The position numbers and the translations under genes are program-made. Below, piece by piece: positions 49,832 to 61,351 of a stretch of 64,000 nt of DNA (position 1 is its first letter; each line of letters opens with the position of its first letter). Source of the DNA: Raja brachyura (Eukaryota). The DNA lies in contig OY740782.1 in assembly GCA_963514005.1 (NCBI GenBank), positions 136,648,001-136,712,000 on the forward strand, written 5' to 3'. The notes under the pieces are model-generated. The model did no database searches and was not told the DNA's origin. It worked only from the letters and a program-made list of their open reading frames with translations.

Positions 49832-50479
49832 CTATGAACACATACAGAGGGCATAAAAAAAGTATGAATTTAGGAGCAACATGCTTTTATTAATGGCATA
49901 GGAGGTGCCATTTAGCTATGATTCCTCCCTTTATTTTCCTTGTAAACCTATTTTCTCTCACATACCCTATCAACTCAACCCCAATTCTCCTACTAACCAT
50001 ACATGGTAGGGGTTGTTTCCAGTAATTAATTTATTCACCAACCAGCAACTCTTTGGGAAATGGGAAGAAAACAAGCCCCTTGGTAAAATCCTCATTATCA
50101 GAAAATGAACGTGAAAACTCCACATAAACAGCATCAGAGATTCGGAATGAGCACGAATACTTGGAGGCAAAACATTACTTGTCACGCACTGTGCAAGAAG
50201 TAGTAAAGGTACAAAGTAGATGTACAAAGGTATTAAATTGTGATAACTTAATGGCCATGTTTTTTTCAGAAAACATATGATAAATGAAAATCTAAGGATC
50301 TTGATTAAAAGTCTTTAGAGGTAAATTTGCTAATTATTTGAAAATGCACTTAGCATTAGGCAGTAGAAGGAGAAACAATTGAACAATTTGGTTTTATTTA
50401 GGAAAAAAAATATTTTTCTTAACATTGCAAAGTTTACTGACAAATTCATCCAATACTAAATATCAAGATTGAGGATGCA

Positions 50480-53335
50480 CAAAAAGATCTACCACTGGGT
50501 GACCCGATGAAATGGATGCTTTCTATGCTTGCTTCGAGCAGAAGGCCAAACAGGGCGGTGACACCTGGTCCTTCAGACTCCATTGTGCCTCTCCCCAGAG
50601 TGACTGTAGCAGAGATTAGATCAGCCTCCCTGAGAGTAAACTCACAGAAAGCAACTGACCCTGATGGAGTACCTGGCCATGTCCATGGTAGATGCGCGGA
50701 CCAGCTAGCGAGAGTATTCGCAGACATCTCTAATCCCACTCCGTTCTCCGGTACACACCTGCTTCAAGACAACCATCATCCCAGTGCCGAAGAAAACAAA
50801 GACCTCCTGCCAAAATGATTGCCATTCAGAGGCTATGTTTTGAGAGACTAGATGTGGAACTCGTTAAATCCAGTCCACACAGCAACCTTGACCCACTGCA
50901 GTTCGCCTACCACCACAACAGATCTACAGAAGATGCCATCGTCCTAGTCAGACACTCATCCCTGGAACACCTGAACACCCATTGTTTCAGCCTGCTCCTG
51001 TCACACGGGAATGAATTCCACGTACCTCGACTCCATCCTATCCCCACTGGTCCAATCTCTCCCGATCTATGTCCAAGATACCTCACATGCCCTTCGTCTC
51101 TTACATCACTTCTGCTTTCCGAGCCCCACTCCATCACTTTACTATGGATGTTCAGTCATTCTACACCTCCATCCCCCACCAAGATGGCCTTGCAGTCCTC
51201 AGTTTCTTCCTCGACCGCAGAACCATCCAATTTCCCTCTACTCATACTACTCCACCTAGCGGAGCTGACCCTCAACCTCAACAACTTCTCCTTTGACTCC
51301 TCCCACTTCCTCAGTCCAAGGCATAGCTATGGGAACCTGCATGGGCCCCAGCCTCTTTGCCTGCCTCTTTGTAGGGTACGTTGAACATTTCCTGTTCCAG
51401 GCATGCACTGGCCCTATCCCCAAACTCTATCTCCATTACACTGATGACTGCATTGGTGCTACCTCCAGCACCCATGCAGAACTCATGGACCATCAACATC
51501 ACCACCAATATTCATCCTGCACTCAAATTTATTTGGACCATCTCCGACACCTCCCTCCCCTTTCTTGATTTCATAATCTCCATCACAAGAAATAGACTAC
51601 TGACTGACATCTATTACAAACCCACTGACTCCCACAACTATCTCAACTACACTTTTTCCCACCTTGCTTCCTGCAAGGACTATCTCCTGCTCCCAATTCT
51701 TCCGTCTGCGCAGCATCTGCACCCAAGATGAAGTGTTCCATACCAGAACATCCGAGATGTCCTCATTCTTTAGGGAACAGCTCCGCCCTTGCTCCCCCTC
51801 CCCTCAAGTCACAAGAGTGACAGAGTCCCCCAAGTCCTTACCTTCCACCCCATTAGCCGTTGAATACAACCATAATCCTCCAAAATTTCCGTCACCTCCA
51901 ATGGGATCCCACCATTTGTCACATTTCCCCATCTCCACCCCTTTCCGCCTTCCGCAGCGCCCGTTCCCACCGCAACTCCCTGGTTAACTCATCCCTTCCC
52001 ACCCAAACCAAACCCTCCCCGGGTACCTTCCCCTGCAACTGCAGAAGATGCAACACCTGTCACTAGACATCCTCCCTCAACTCTGTCCAGGGACCCGGAC
52101 TGTCCTTTCGGTTTAGGTAGAGGTTCACTTGCACCTCCTCCAACCTCATCTACAGTATCCGTTGTTCAAGATGTGGACCAAACGCAGACTGGGCGATCGT
52201 TTTGATGAACACCTTCGCTCAGCCCGCGTGAACCAATCTAATCTCCTGGTTGCTGGACACTTTAATTCTCCTTCCCATTCCTATACAGACCTTTCTGTCC
52301 TCGGTCGCCTCCATTGTCAGAGTGAGGCTAAATGCAAATTGGAGGAACAGCATCTCATATTTCGCTTGGGCAGCTTACAGCCCAGTGGTATGAATATTGA
52401 TTTATCTCACTACAGGTATCCTTGGCATTCCCTCTCTCTCTATCTCTCCCCCACCCGTAGCACAAGCTTCTAATTTTCACCCTACAAACAGCCTACAATG
52501 GCCTGTTTCCTTTATCATCATTACTTTTTTGCATCTTTCATTCATTGGTCTTTATATCTCCACACCACCGTCTATATCTCTCATTTCCCTTATCCCTAAC
52601 CAGTTTGAAGAAGGGTCTCGATCTGAAATGTCACATATTCCTTCTCTTCAGAGATGCTGCCTGTGCCGCTGAGTTACTCCAGTTTTTTGTGTCTTTCTTC
52701 ACCAAAAACTTCTCCTGGACCACCTGAAAGCACACCAATGCCTCTACTTCCATAGAAGGCTTAAGAAGTTTGGCATGTCCCCTACAACTCTCACCAACTT
52801 CTACAGACGTACCATAGAAAGCATTTTATCAGGATGCAACACAGCTTGGTTTGGGAACAGCTCCATAAAAGACCACAAGAAATTGCAGCAAATTGCGGAT
52901 GCAGCCGAGATCATCACACAAACCAACCTCCCTTCTATTGACTCCATGCTGCCTCGGCAAGGCCAGCAACATAATCAAAAATGAGTCGCACCCTGGCCAC
53001 TCCCTCTTCTCTCTTCTCCCCTCTCCCATCAGGCAAAAGTGTGAAAACGCACATCTCCAGATTCAGGGATAATTTCTTCCCAGCTCTTATCAGGCAACTG
53101 AAGCAACCTATCACAACCAGAGAGCAGTGCAGAACTACTATCTACCTCATTGGTGACCCTCAGACTACCCTTGATCGGACTTTGCTGGTTTTACTTTGCA
53201 CTCAATGTTATTCCCTTATCACGTGTCTATACACTGTAATTGTAGTCATGTTTTGTCTTTATGCTGACTGGTTAGCACGCAACAAAAGCTTTTCATTCTA
53301 CCTCGGTACATGTGACAATAAACTAAACTGATACT
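50480..53335 (+). mobile_element. Decayed Rex1 LINE (50480-50975 and 52700-53335) split by a Penelope insertion
   Basis: KATDPDGVPG...[30 protein letters not shown]; resumes as NFYRRTIESILSGC; tail tgacaataaa(ctaaa)n. Confidence 0.9.
50980..52695 (+). mobile_element. Penelope-like element (decayed RT plus GIY-YIG endonuclease, terminal unit with hammerhead motif)
   Basis: YVQDTSHAL, FTMDVQSFYTSIPH, QGIAMGTCMGPS, YTDD, DIYYKPTDSH, PCNCRRCNTC, CTSSNLIYSIRC, TKRRLGDRFDEH, VAGHFN. Confidence 0.95.
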
Positions 53336-53794
53336 GAGGTGAACAGGTTAAAAGAAATGGAAATCAAACTTTAAAATAAGCATTGGATATTTGACTCTGC
53401 CAAGCATCCCAAAATATCACTAAAATTGTATTCATAAAATGGTAGTGTTCCTGTAAGTTGATCAGCAGGTCCAAAAGATTCACAATATAACCATTATCTC
53501 TTAATCCTTTAAACCTGTTGGCCTACTAATAATGATTAATAATGCTGTGGGTTGATAGCATGCATAATTTTTTCAGTAAGTTATGACCCAATATTTAATG
53601 ATGGCAAAGGATAAGAACATATTGAATTCAATAATGTTTAACAAGCATAAATTAATTAATAGTGCATGTAACTATTAACAGTAATATTATGCAAGTATCT
53701 TGCAAATAATGACCATATAAAATCCGAAATTAGATTTAAGAGGAAGAATGATAAGTAATGGTCTTAAATTTAGGTACAGCAAAGAGATAACAAA

Positions 53795-54172
53795 TAAGTA
53801 AGTAAGTAATTTTTATTTATATAGCACTTTTTAAATCAAATCACGCTGAAGCCAAAGTGCTTTACAGATAAGAAATTAGATTTCCATACATCCATATAAA
53901 AGAAAAAAGAAAAAAAGACACAATATACTTAGGATTCAACATGAAACGTCCCCCCACAGCAGAATCCACTGAGGGAAGGCACCAAAAAGTCCAATCCTCC
54001 TCCTCCTCATAGTCCACCCGAGGTTGGGGCCTATTTGTGGCCTCCTCAGCCAGTCCGATGTTTTCAGGCCCTCTTTGCCGGGAAGCAGGAACTCCAGTGT
54101 CGGGTGAACACTCCTCTGCGGCTTGGAAATGTCTGGAGCGGCCGCTTCCTCCCCGGAGACTGCGGCATTCGA
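53795..54172 (-). mobile_element. Composite retroposon copy 6 (truncated)
   Basis: GC-rich body, gaggag block, shortened tgccttccc hairpin at 53945-53985, tail aaataaaaa(ttac)n. Confidence 0.6.
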
Positions 54173-54659
54173 TACATACATATACGAGAAATAAATACTT
54201 TGGCACATATTCAAAATTGTATTTGGCCGATACACAACTAGTCGTCTCCCAAAAATCAATGGTCACGTAATTTTACAATTCAGGGGCATGAACGTACAAA
54301 ATTTGCTCGAGAAACACATAGGAAAATGGACAGGTAGCAACAATTGTTTCAAAGGGTAGGAGGGGAAAGTTTCGGGGGGTAAAGGCAATAGTGGATTTTG
54401 AAAATCAGGATTAATATTTGCTAATGAGGCGTAATTTATCTGCGAGTCATTGTAGGTCATGGATGACGAGATCTTGGTCATCTGGGACAGCAGGCTTTCA
54501 AACATTCTAAATGTGATGACAGCTGGAAAAGCATCAGAATTATTGAGCTGTAACAAGACTCTGGACAAAGTTTAAGATTTCAGCAATTGATGAATTGAGG
54601 AAAGCAATGCTACATGATATAGTTTTATAAACATACCCCTTTGCTCCTCAGTCTCAGAG

Positions 54660-55370
54660 AACACATCCCTCTTGCAAAGCCATGTTGACTATTGATAATA
54701 AGCCAATTTTTTTCCAAATGAGAGTAAATTCTCGCTCTGAGATCATTTCCTACAATTTCTCGACCACTTGCTCACGGGCCTTTTGCTTCTTGTGTTTTTC
54801 TGACACAACGTTGGCTATTCTCCAGTCTTCTGGGGGTCTTCGCCATGCCATAGATTTCCACCAAGACCCCAGCAATCCTCCTATGTCTCCCTCAGTATCC
54901 TGGAACAGATCAAGCCTCAAAGTCTTATCCTTAATGTTATTTTAACACACCCAACACCGTCTCCTTCTTAATGTTGGTGTTGGCATACTATGGCATAAAT
55001 AGTGAGATATCCTTAATAGCTTTGTTTTGCAAGCTTTTCGGGGGAGATTATACCATACTTGACTGCAATCACACCATACACCAGTACAACATGCAAATGG
55101 ACCAAGAGAGTAGAATGTAGTGTTACAGCTCCTTAATATTAACGTACCATGGCATATAAATATATCTCTGATCTCACCATCTCCCATGTTCTTCATATTG
55201 GTGAATACTGAAGTGAAATACTGATTTAGGACCTCGCCCATTTCCTCTGGGTCCAGGTAAAGATTCACTCCTTTTTCTAAAATGTATCCTCCATTTCCCT
55301 AGTTACCCTGTTACTTTTTATATACATAGAAAATGCCATGGGTTGCACCTAAGAGCCACTTGCCAAGGAG
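54660..55370 (-). mobile_element. Old CR1 fragment with nested insertion
   Basis: EEMGEVLNQYFTSVFT, DWRIANV, SQHGF. Confidence 0.75.
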
Positions 55371-55516
55371 AGAGTCATAGTTTTAGATTCAAGTTTGTTA
55401 TCGTCACGCGTACCGAAGTACAATGAAAGCCTTGTATATCATGATATCCAATCTGCTTAAATAACTCTATACATAGATATAATCAAGTCAAACTCAAGTG
55501 CAATAGGTAGAACAAT

Positions 55517-56326
55517 TGGATTGGATTGGATTGGATTCTTTATTTGTCCTTCAGACCTTTCGGTCTGAACGAAACTCTGTTCCCTGCAGTCATACATATA
55601 ATTAAAAATAAATAAATAAATAATGACAGAACACACAATAAACATCCACCACAGTGAGTTCACCAAACATCTCCTCACTGTGATGGAAGGCAAAAGTCTT
55701 AGAGTCTGTGTCTCTTCCCTCTTCTTTTCCCTCTGCGCCGAGGCGATCCAGGCCTCCGATGCCGCGACCGCCGCTGCCGCCGCCACCGCTGGAACCGCTC
55801 CGGGAGTCGGGCCACCGCCGCCGCTACTGCCGCCGCTGGAACCCCACCGGGAGTCAAGTCGCCGCTGCCGCTACAGCCGCTGAAACCGCCCCGGGAGCTG
55901 GGCCACCGCTGCTGTTGCTGCCGCCGCCGCCGGAACCCCACCGGGAGCCGGGCCACCGCTGCTGCTGCTGCCGCCGCCGCCGCCTGAACCACTCCGGGAG
56001 TCGGGCCGCCGCCGCTGCTGCTGCCGCCGCCGCTGGAACCGGTCCGGGACAGGGGTCGGGTCGCCGCCACTGGAACAGCCCCGGGGCCCGAGGCCGCCAG
56101 CTCTGCCATTAGGCCTCAGCGCAGACGGAGACAGGGGATACAACACAAAAAAAATTGCACCCCCCCCAGAAGGAAGAGACCCGGACATGTTACTCCCCCC
56201 CCACCCACATACACACGCAATCTAACAAAACAAACGAACCCCACTAAGAACAGGACAGAAAAAAATAAAATAAATAACAGACGGACTGCAGGCGGGCCGC
56301 AGCTGTTAAACCAGCGCCGCCATCTT
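55517..56326 (-). mobile_element. Composite retroposon copy 7, apparently full length, with GCN-rich VNTR
   Basis: AAGATGGCGGCG head, T-rich and G-run blocks, tandem (gcggcg/gcagca)...cccgactcccggagtggttcc units, hairpin at 55642-55692, ttcagaccgaaaggtctgaa loop, (aatcc)n tail; sits in a Rex1 tail. Confidence 0.8.
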
Positions 56327-56329
56327 GAA

Positions 56330-57482
56330 GTTGGGTGCAGAATATAGTTATCAGCATTGTTAAGCACCAGTTCCATAGGCAAAATCCACAATGGGATGGA
56401 AGTGAATTGGATAGTACCCTAGTTTATGGAAGGATGATTCAGAAGCCTGAAACAAAGGGGATGATGCTGTTCCTGAGTCTGATGGTGCACACTTTCAAGG
56501 TCCTGCTTAACTCGAGCGGAAAGAAGGAGGAATGACTAGGGTGGGAAAGATCTTTAATTCTGTTGGCTCCTTTTCCAAGGCAGTGTGAAGTACATATGGA
56601 GTCAATGGTAGGAAGTCTGGTCTGTGTAAATCTGTCTGAATCATCAGTCTGAAGAAGGGTCTCGACCCAAAACATCACCCATCCAGAGATGCTGCCTGTC
56701 CCGCTGAGTTACTCCAGCATTTTGTGTCTACCTTCGAATTAAACCAGCATCTGTAGTTCTTTCCTACACAGTCTGGTCTGTGCGATGGACTGGGCTTCAT
56801 CTCCAACTCTCTGCGATTTCTTGCAGTCTTGGGCAGAGCTATTTCCGAAATAAGCTGTGATACAACCTATTAGTATGCTTTCCATGGTACATCTTGTGTT
56901 GAAGTTTGCAAGAATCATTGGAGACATGCTGAAATGCCTCAGTGTCCTCAGGAAATGAAACCATTGGTGTGCCTTTTAAGCTGTTGCTTCATTGTGACTG
57001 GGCCACCAAAGATTGTTGGTAATGTTAACGCTAAGAAACTTAAAGCTCTTATCCATTTGCACCAATAGGTACCTTTGATACTGTTTGTGGCATGTACTCC
57101 ATCACATTTCTTGAAGTTGATCACTGCCTCCTTCGTCTTGCTGACATCAAAGGAGATATTTGTGTCGGAAGGAACAGCTGATGCTAGTTTAAACCATAGA
57201 CACAAAAAGCTGGAGTAACTCAGCGGGACAGGCAGCATGTCTGGAGAGAAGGAATGGATGGCGTGTCGGGTCGAGACTCTTCTTCAGCCTCGACCCAACA
57301 CGTCATCCATTCCTTCTCTCCAGAAATGCTGCCTGTCTCGCTGAGTTACTCCAGCTTTTTATATCTATCAAAGGAGATATTGTTGTCCTGACACCACGTT
57401 AGCAAGTTCTCTAATTCCTTCTCGTAGTTGTCTCTTAACTGTTCGTGATCTGGCGCACCCCAGTGGTGTCATCTGCAAACTT
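56330..57482 (-). mobile_element. Decayed Rex1 3' part with nested Penelope-derived units (56640-56770, 57161-57366)
   Basis: [36 protein letters not shown]. Confidence 0.85.
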
Positions 57483-57491
57483 GTGGATTAA

Positions 57492-57800
57492 AGGGCCTGT
57501 CCCACCATGCGAGTTTACCCAAGAGCTCTTCCGAGTTTTAAAAAAAAATCAAACTTGTGGTAAGTACATAGAATATACGTAGCGGGTACATCGGAGCTCG
57601 TGGATGTCTCTTGGCGGCTCGTAATGCTAACCGCAGGTACTCGGGAACCGCGGTAAGTTCGTGAAACTCGTGACGTTTTTTCAACAGTGTGAAAAATTTC
57701 CAAGAGTAAAAAAATACTCAAGATGGAGTACCACAGGTTTGATTTTTTTTTTAAAACTCTGGAGAACTCTTGGGTAAACTCGCATCATGGGACAGGCTCT
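57492..57800. mobile_element. PIF/Harbinger-like MITE
   Basis: TIR agggcctgtcccaccatgcgagtttacccaagag ... ctcttgggtaaactcgcatcatgggacaggctct; TAA flanks. Confidence 0.88.
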
Positions 57801-57939
57801 TAAGTTAGAGCCAAATCTGGTCACACAGTCGGGGTATAGTAGGGGCTTGGGCCAACTCCTGACCATGATCCCCAAGAAATAATTCTGGAACAGAAGTGTT
57901 CTTGTTACTAAAGCTTCACGTACCCTTTGAGGGAAATTA

Positions 57940-58270
57940 ACCATACAACCATATAACCATATAACAATTACAACACGGAAACAGGCCTTCTCGGCCCTTC
58001 CAGTCAGTGCCGACCATTTATTTTCCTCTAGTCCCATCTACCTGCACTCAGACCATACCCCTCCATTCCCTTCCCGTCCATATACCTATCCACTTTACTT
58101 TTAAATGTTAAAATCGATCCTGCCTCCACCACTTCTGCAGGAAGATCATTCCACACAGCCACCACTCTCTGAGTAAAGAAGTTCCCCCTCATGTTACCCC
58201 TAAACTTCTGTCCCTTAATTCTCATGTCATGCCCTCTTGTTTGAATCTTTCCTACCCTCAATGGGAAAAT
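57940..58270 (-). mobile_element. CR1 3' end
   Basis: FPLRVGKIQTRGHDMRIKGQKFRGNMRGNFFTQRVV. Confidence 0.93.
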
Positions 58271-59269
58271 GGGAAATTGAGCAGGTGAAAACGTTTTGTT
58301 AGCTCCATCAAGCAATCTGGGACCCATGAGGGTCAAAAATGCAATTCTTCAAGACAAGAATTGCATTGAATTTCTTACTGCACGAATCCTGTGAATTTAC
58401 AAAAATGCCTCATCTTGATGCTCTCCTTCACACACCCACGCATCCATGTAAAGGTAAATTACTAGAGATAGTAAAAAAAAGATCGACAGTTGAGGATTAC
58501 TTCTTCACTGTCATGTCTTTGAAAATCGGTATTTATCTTGTTAAACCTTTTATTAGCATCTTTCTAAATTTGACTTAATCCCAGCTTTCCTTTGGGATAA
58601 ACTGGTATCTGTTGCATGCAATTTACAGTCATCCCATTAGTCAATATTGTGTGTTAGGTGAAGAGGTGTTTTCAATATGAAATGATAGTGAATGAAATAT
58701 TCAGTGCTGTGCCGAGCTTGATTTCAGCAAACATAATGTCGGCACATGGTAATTGGGCAGGATTCGAAAAATCTATTTTAACAACTTTTTCATTCTTTTG
58801 ATAAATCTGAGACAACAATGCCTTTAATATGAAGTGCAATCATTGGAACACTTAAAATACATTTGCACAAATAACTTTATTCTCGAATACCATGTTAAAA
58901 ATATCTATCTACTGGACAACTTCATCTTTTAATGATTATTAAATGGCAGTTCACAGACAGCATCTGACAAGTTACAGTAAATAAAAGTAGATTGCTATTA
59001 TCAAGAAATGAAGAATATGGGATATTTTGTGGAGAAGAAATGTCCAGTAGTTGCTTACCCCTAAAATGGTTACTTTAAAATTAGTCAATGATCAATTTTA
59101 CCAACACGGGCAATTATCAAACTCATGTCATACAGAACATTAATTCGGGCACATAGCAATTCTTTGTGGATTTTTAGCACAATGTCCTGAAGACACAAAC
59201 AAAAACAGCTTTAACGTTGAACGGGTGAAACATACCCTAAAGTACATCGCCAACAACTTCTCCGGGACC

Positions 59270-59565
59270 TGGCTCTGGGTCTGTTGCTGGCTCGGGGTCT
59301 GTGCCTCCTGGTGTATAGGTCATGCAAGGAGGCGAGTGTAGTTCCCATAGTGCGTTCGGCCAAACACAATACTCTCTGCAGAGCCTTCCTGTCCTCGGCA
59401 GAGCTGTTCCCAAACCAGTTTGTGATGTTGCCGGACAAGATGCATTCTACAGCCCCAGTGTCGAAGCACTGAAGGATCCTCAGAGAGACTCTGAATTCCC
59501 TCAGCTGCCTGACGTGGTAAAGGCGCTGCCTTGCCTTACTCACCAGTGCGGCAGTGTGTGTTACC
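59270..59565 (-). mobile_element. Rex1 fragment
   Basis: KARQRLYHVRQLR...ECILSGNITNWFGN. Confidence 0.85.
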
Positions 59566-59938
59566 AGCAAACCTCCATTTGGAATGACTTCCAGCGAGTA
59601 TCCGAGACAAGGCCAGGCAAGAACTCAAACATAACCAATGGTGACCGTTGACCGAGTAAGTTAAATCTATAATCTTTCTTTAAAAACAATGCCTATTCTG
59701 CATTTCCTGCTCTAGTCTAGGAATTCTTACATAATCCAATACACTGCAGAAATAAAAACATCTGTAAATTCCAGTCACGTCTGAACTTTGAAACTGGATT
59801 AGTAATGAAGGACAATTGCTGAAGATATTCACAATTCCATTTTATCATTTTGTTTCTTCAAGAACCCAAGATACATGTTGCATATAGTGAGGTGGTTGTA
59901 CACACCCTTCTAAAAGCAGGTGACATGCTGTGGCTTAC

Positions 59939-60038
59939 CATACGAGCCTTGTACCTACTTATCATCTCTTTAATACCCGCTGTTTGTGCCACCCAGGTTA
60001 ACGATTTTAGCTGTTGGGCACTTACAAAAACATTGCTT
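59939..60038 (-). CDS. Internal exon (I)SNVFVSAQQLKSLTWVAQTAGIKEMISRYKARM
   Basis: ATG|gtaagc donor; ttaattag acceptor gives 100 nt, phase 2 to 0, matching exon 63024-63180 (an alternative cag acceptor would end the exon at 60010). Confidence 0.5.
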
Positions 60039-60944
60039 CTAATTAAGACCAGCATACATATTTTAAATTGTGTTTACTTAATGGGGACAACCATGCAAAG
60101 TGAATGTTTCACATGCTGTTTGGATTGTTTCATTAAGGAGTTTGTAATGAACCCTAATTTGTATCACGCCTAACGTTGAACTGTGGCAAGTAATGATTAC
60201 ACCGCTGAATGAGCTTCCAAAGTCTAATTATGCCACTTAGTCAAACAGTGGCTTTGAAGCACTGTGGCAGTCATCATTTAAAGAAACTTCAATGGTTAAG
60301 TTTACAGCATCCATTTTCTTTTGTTAGCATTGCCTCAAGGTTAGCTGCTGGAACTTCAAAGCAATTACACATATTCTAGGCTCTTTAAAAATAAGGATAT
60401 GGTTTGGTAACATCCCCAATAATCTGCATTTACTGAGAAAAATATGCAGAATTTATTGACCTTCATTTGGCTCCACACATGAAATACTTAAAACAAAAAT
60501 GGAGAGTTTAAAATGTTAATAATTATCGGATGGAATAACACAGCAGGGCAAGAAAAAAAGAGACACTAGTGGAACTGCAGAGCATTTAAGGCAGTAATGG
60601 AAAGGTCACATAAGACTACAAAAAGATATGGCACGGAAATTAGCGGGAGAAGAGGAATGTGACCCTATCAGTCCATGGGAATGGTACAATGATAATATTT
60701 GCTCATGAGAAACGTAAAAGTATATTGTTGGAACACATCAACCATCTATGAAAAAAGATAAAACAGCCACTGTTGGAGAATGCGTAAAGCTGACTGTTCG
60801 GTGCAATGGGGATGGCAGCAATATAATAATGAAAACAAAATTATGTGTTGTGCTTTCAATAGCACCCAATAACCAAGCATTGCTTTGCCAAGGGACAGAT
60901 CATGGATGTGGCTTGCAAAAACGAGTCGACCTTGTTTTGCCTTT

Positions 60945-61258
60945 TAGTTTAGTTTAGTTTAGAGATACTGCGCGGAAACAGGCCCTTCGGCCCACCGGGT
61001 CTGCACCGACCGACAATCACCACATATTAATACTATTCTGCACACACTGAGGCCAATTTTTACATTTACCGAGCTAATTTACCTACATACCTGTACGTCT
61101 TTGGAGTGTGGAAGGAAAACATAGATCTCGGTTAAAACTCATGCGATCACAGGGAGAACGCACAAACTCCGTACAGACAGCACCAGTAGTCGGGATTGAA
61201 CCCGTGTCTCCGGCGCTACAAGTACTGTAAGGCAACAACTCTACCGCTGCGCCACCGG
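60945..61258 (-). mobile_element. HE1-like V-SINE
   Basis: ggtggcgcagcggtagagttg...gggttcaatccc A/B-box-like head, V-domain, CR1 tail, (ctaaa)n. Confidence 0.92.
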
Positions 61259-61351
61259 GTTGTCTTGTAGGGAAGGATTCTGGCATTTCCTCGACATACC
61301 TGTTCGGAGGTGATTTGCACTCATTTGGGTAACAGATTCGAACAAGCGATG

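Noticed and set aside
54263-54568. 101-aa minus-strand ORF in unique sequence
   Set aside because: No convincing splice sites or compatible phase; looks more like regulatory non-coding DNA.
55457-56188. Poly-Ala, poly-Pro and Gly-Ser ORFs resembling transcription-factor exons
   Set aside because: Stop-poor GC triplet VNTR inside a retroposon with its own head and tail; open in many frames on both strands.
61195-61258. tRNA-like sequences (also at about 23100, 31935, 34790, 47290)
   Set aside because: Heads of V-SINEs, not cloverleaf tRNA genes.
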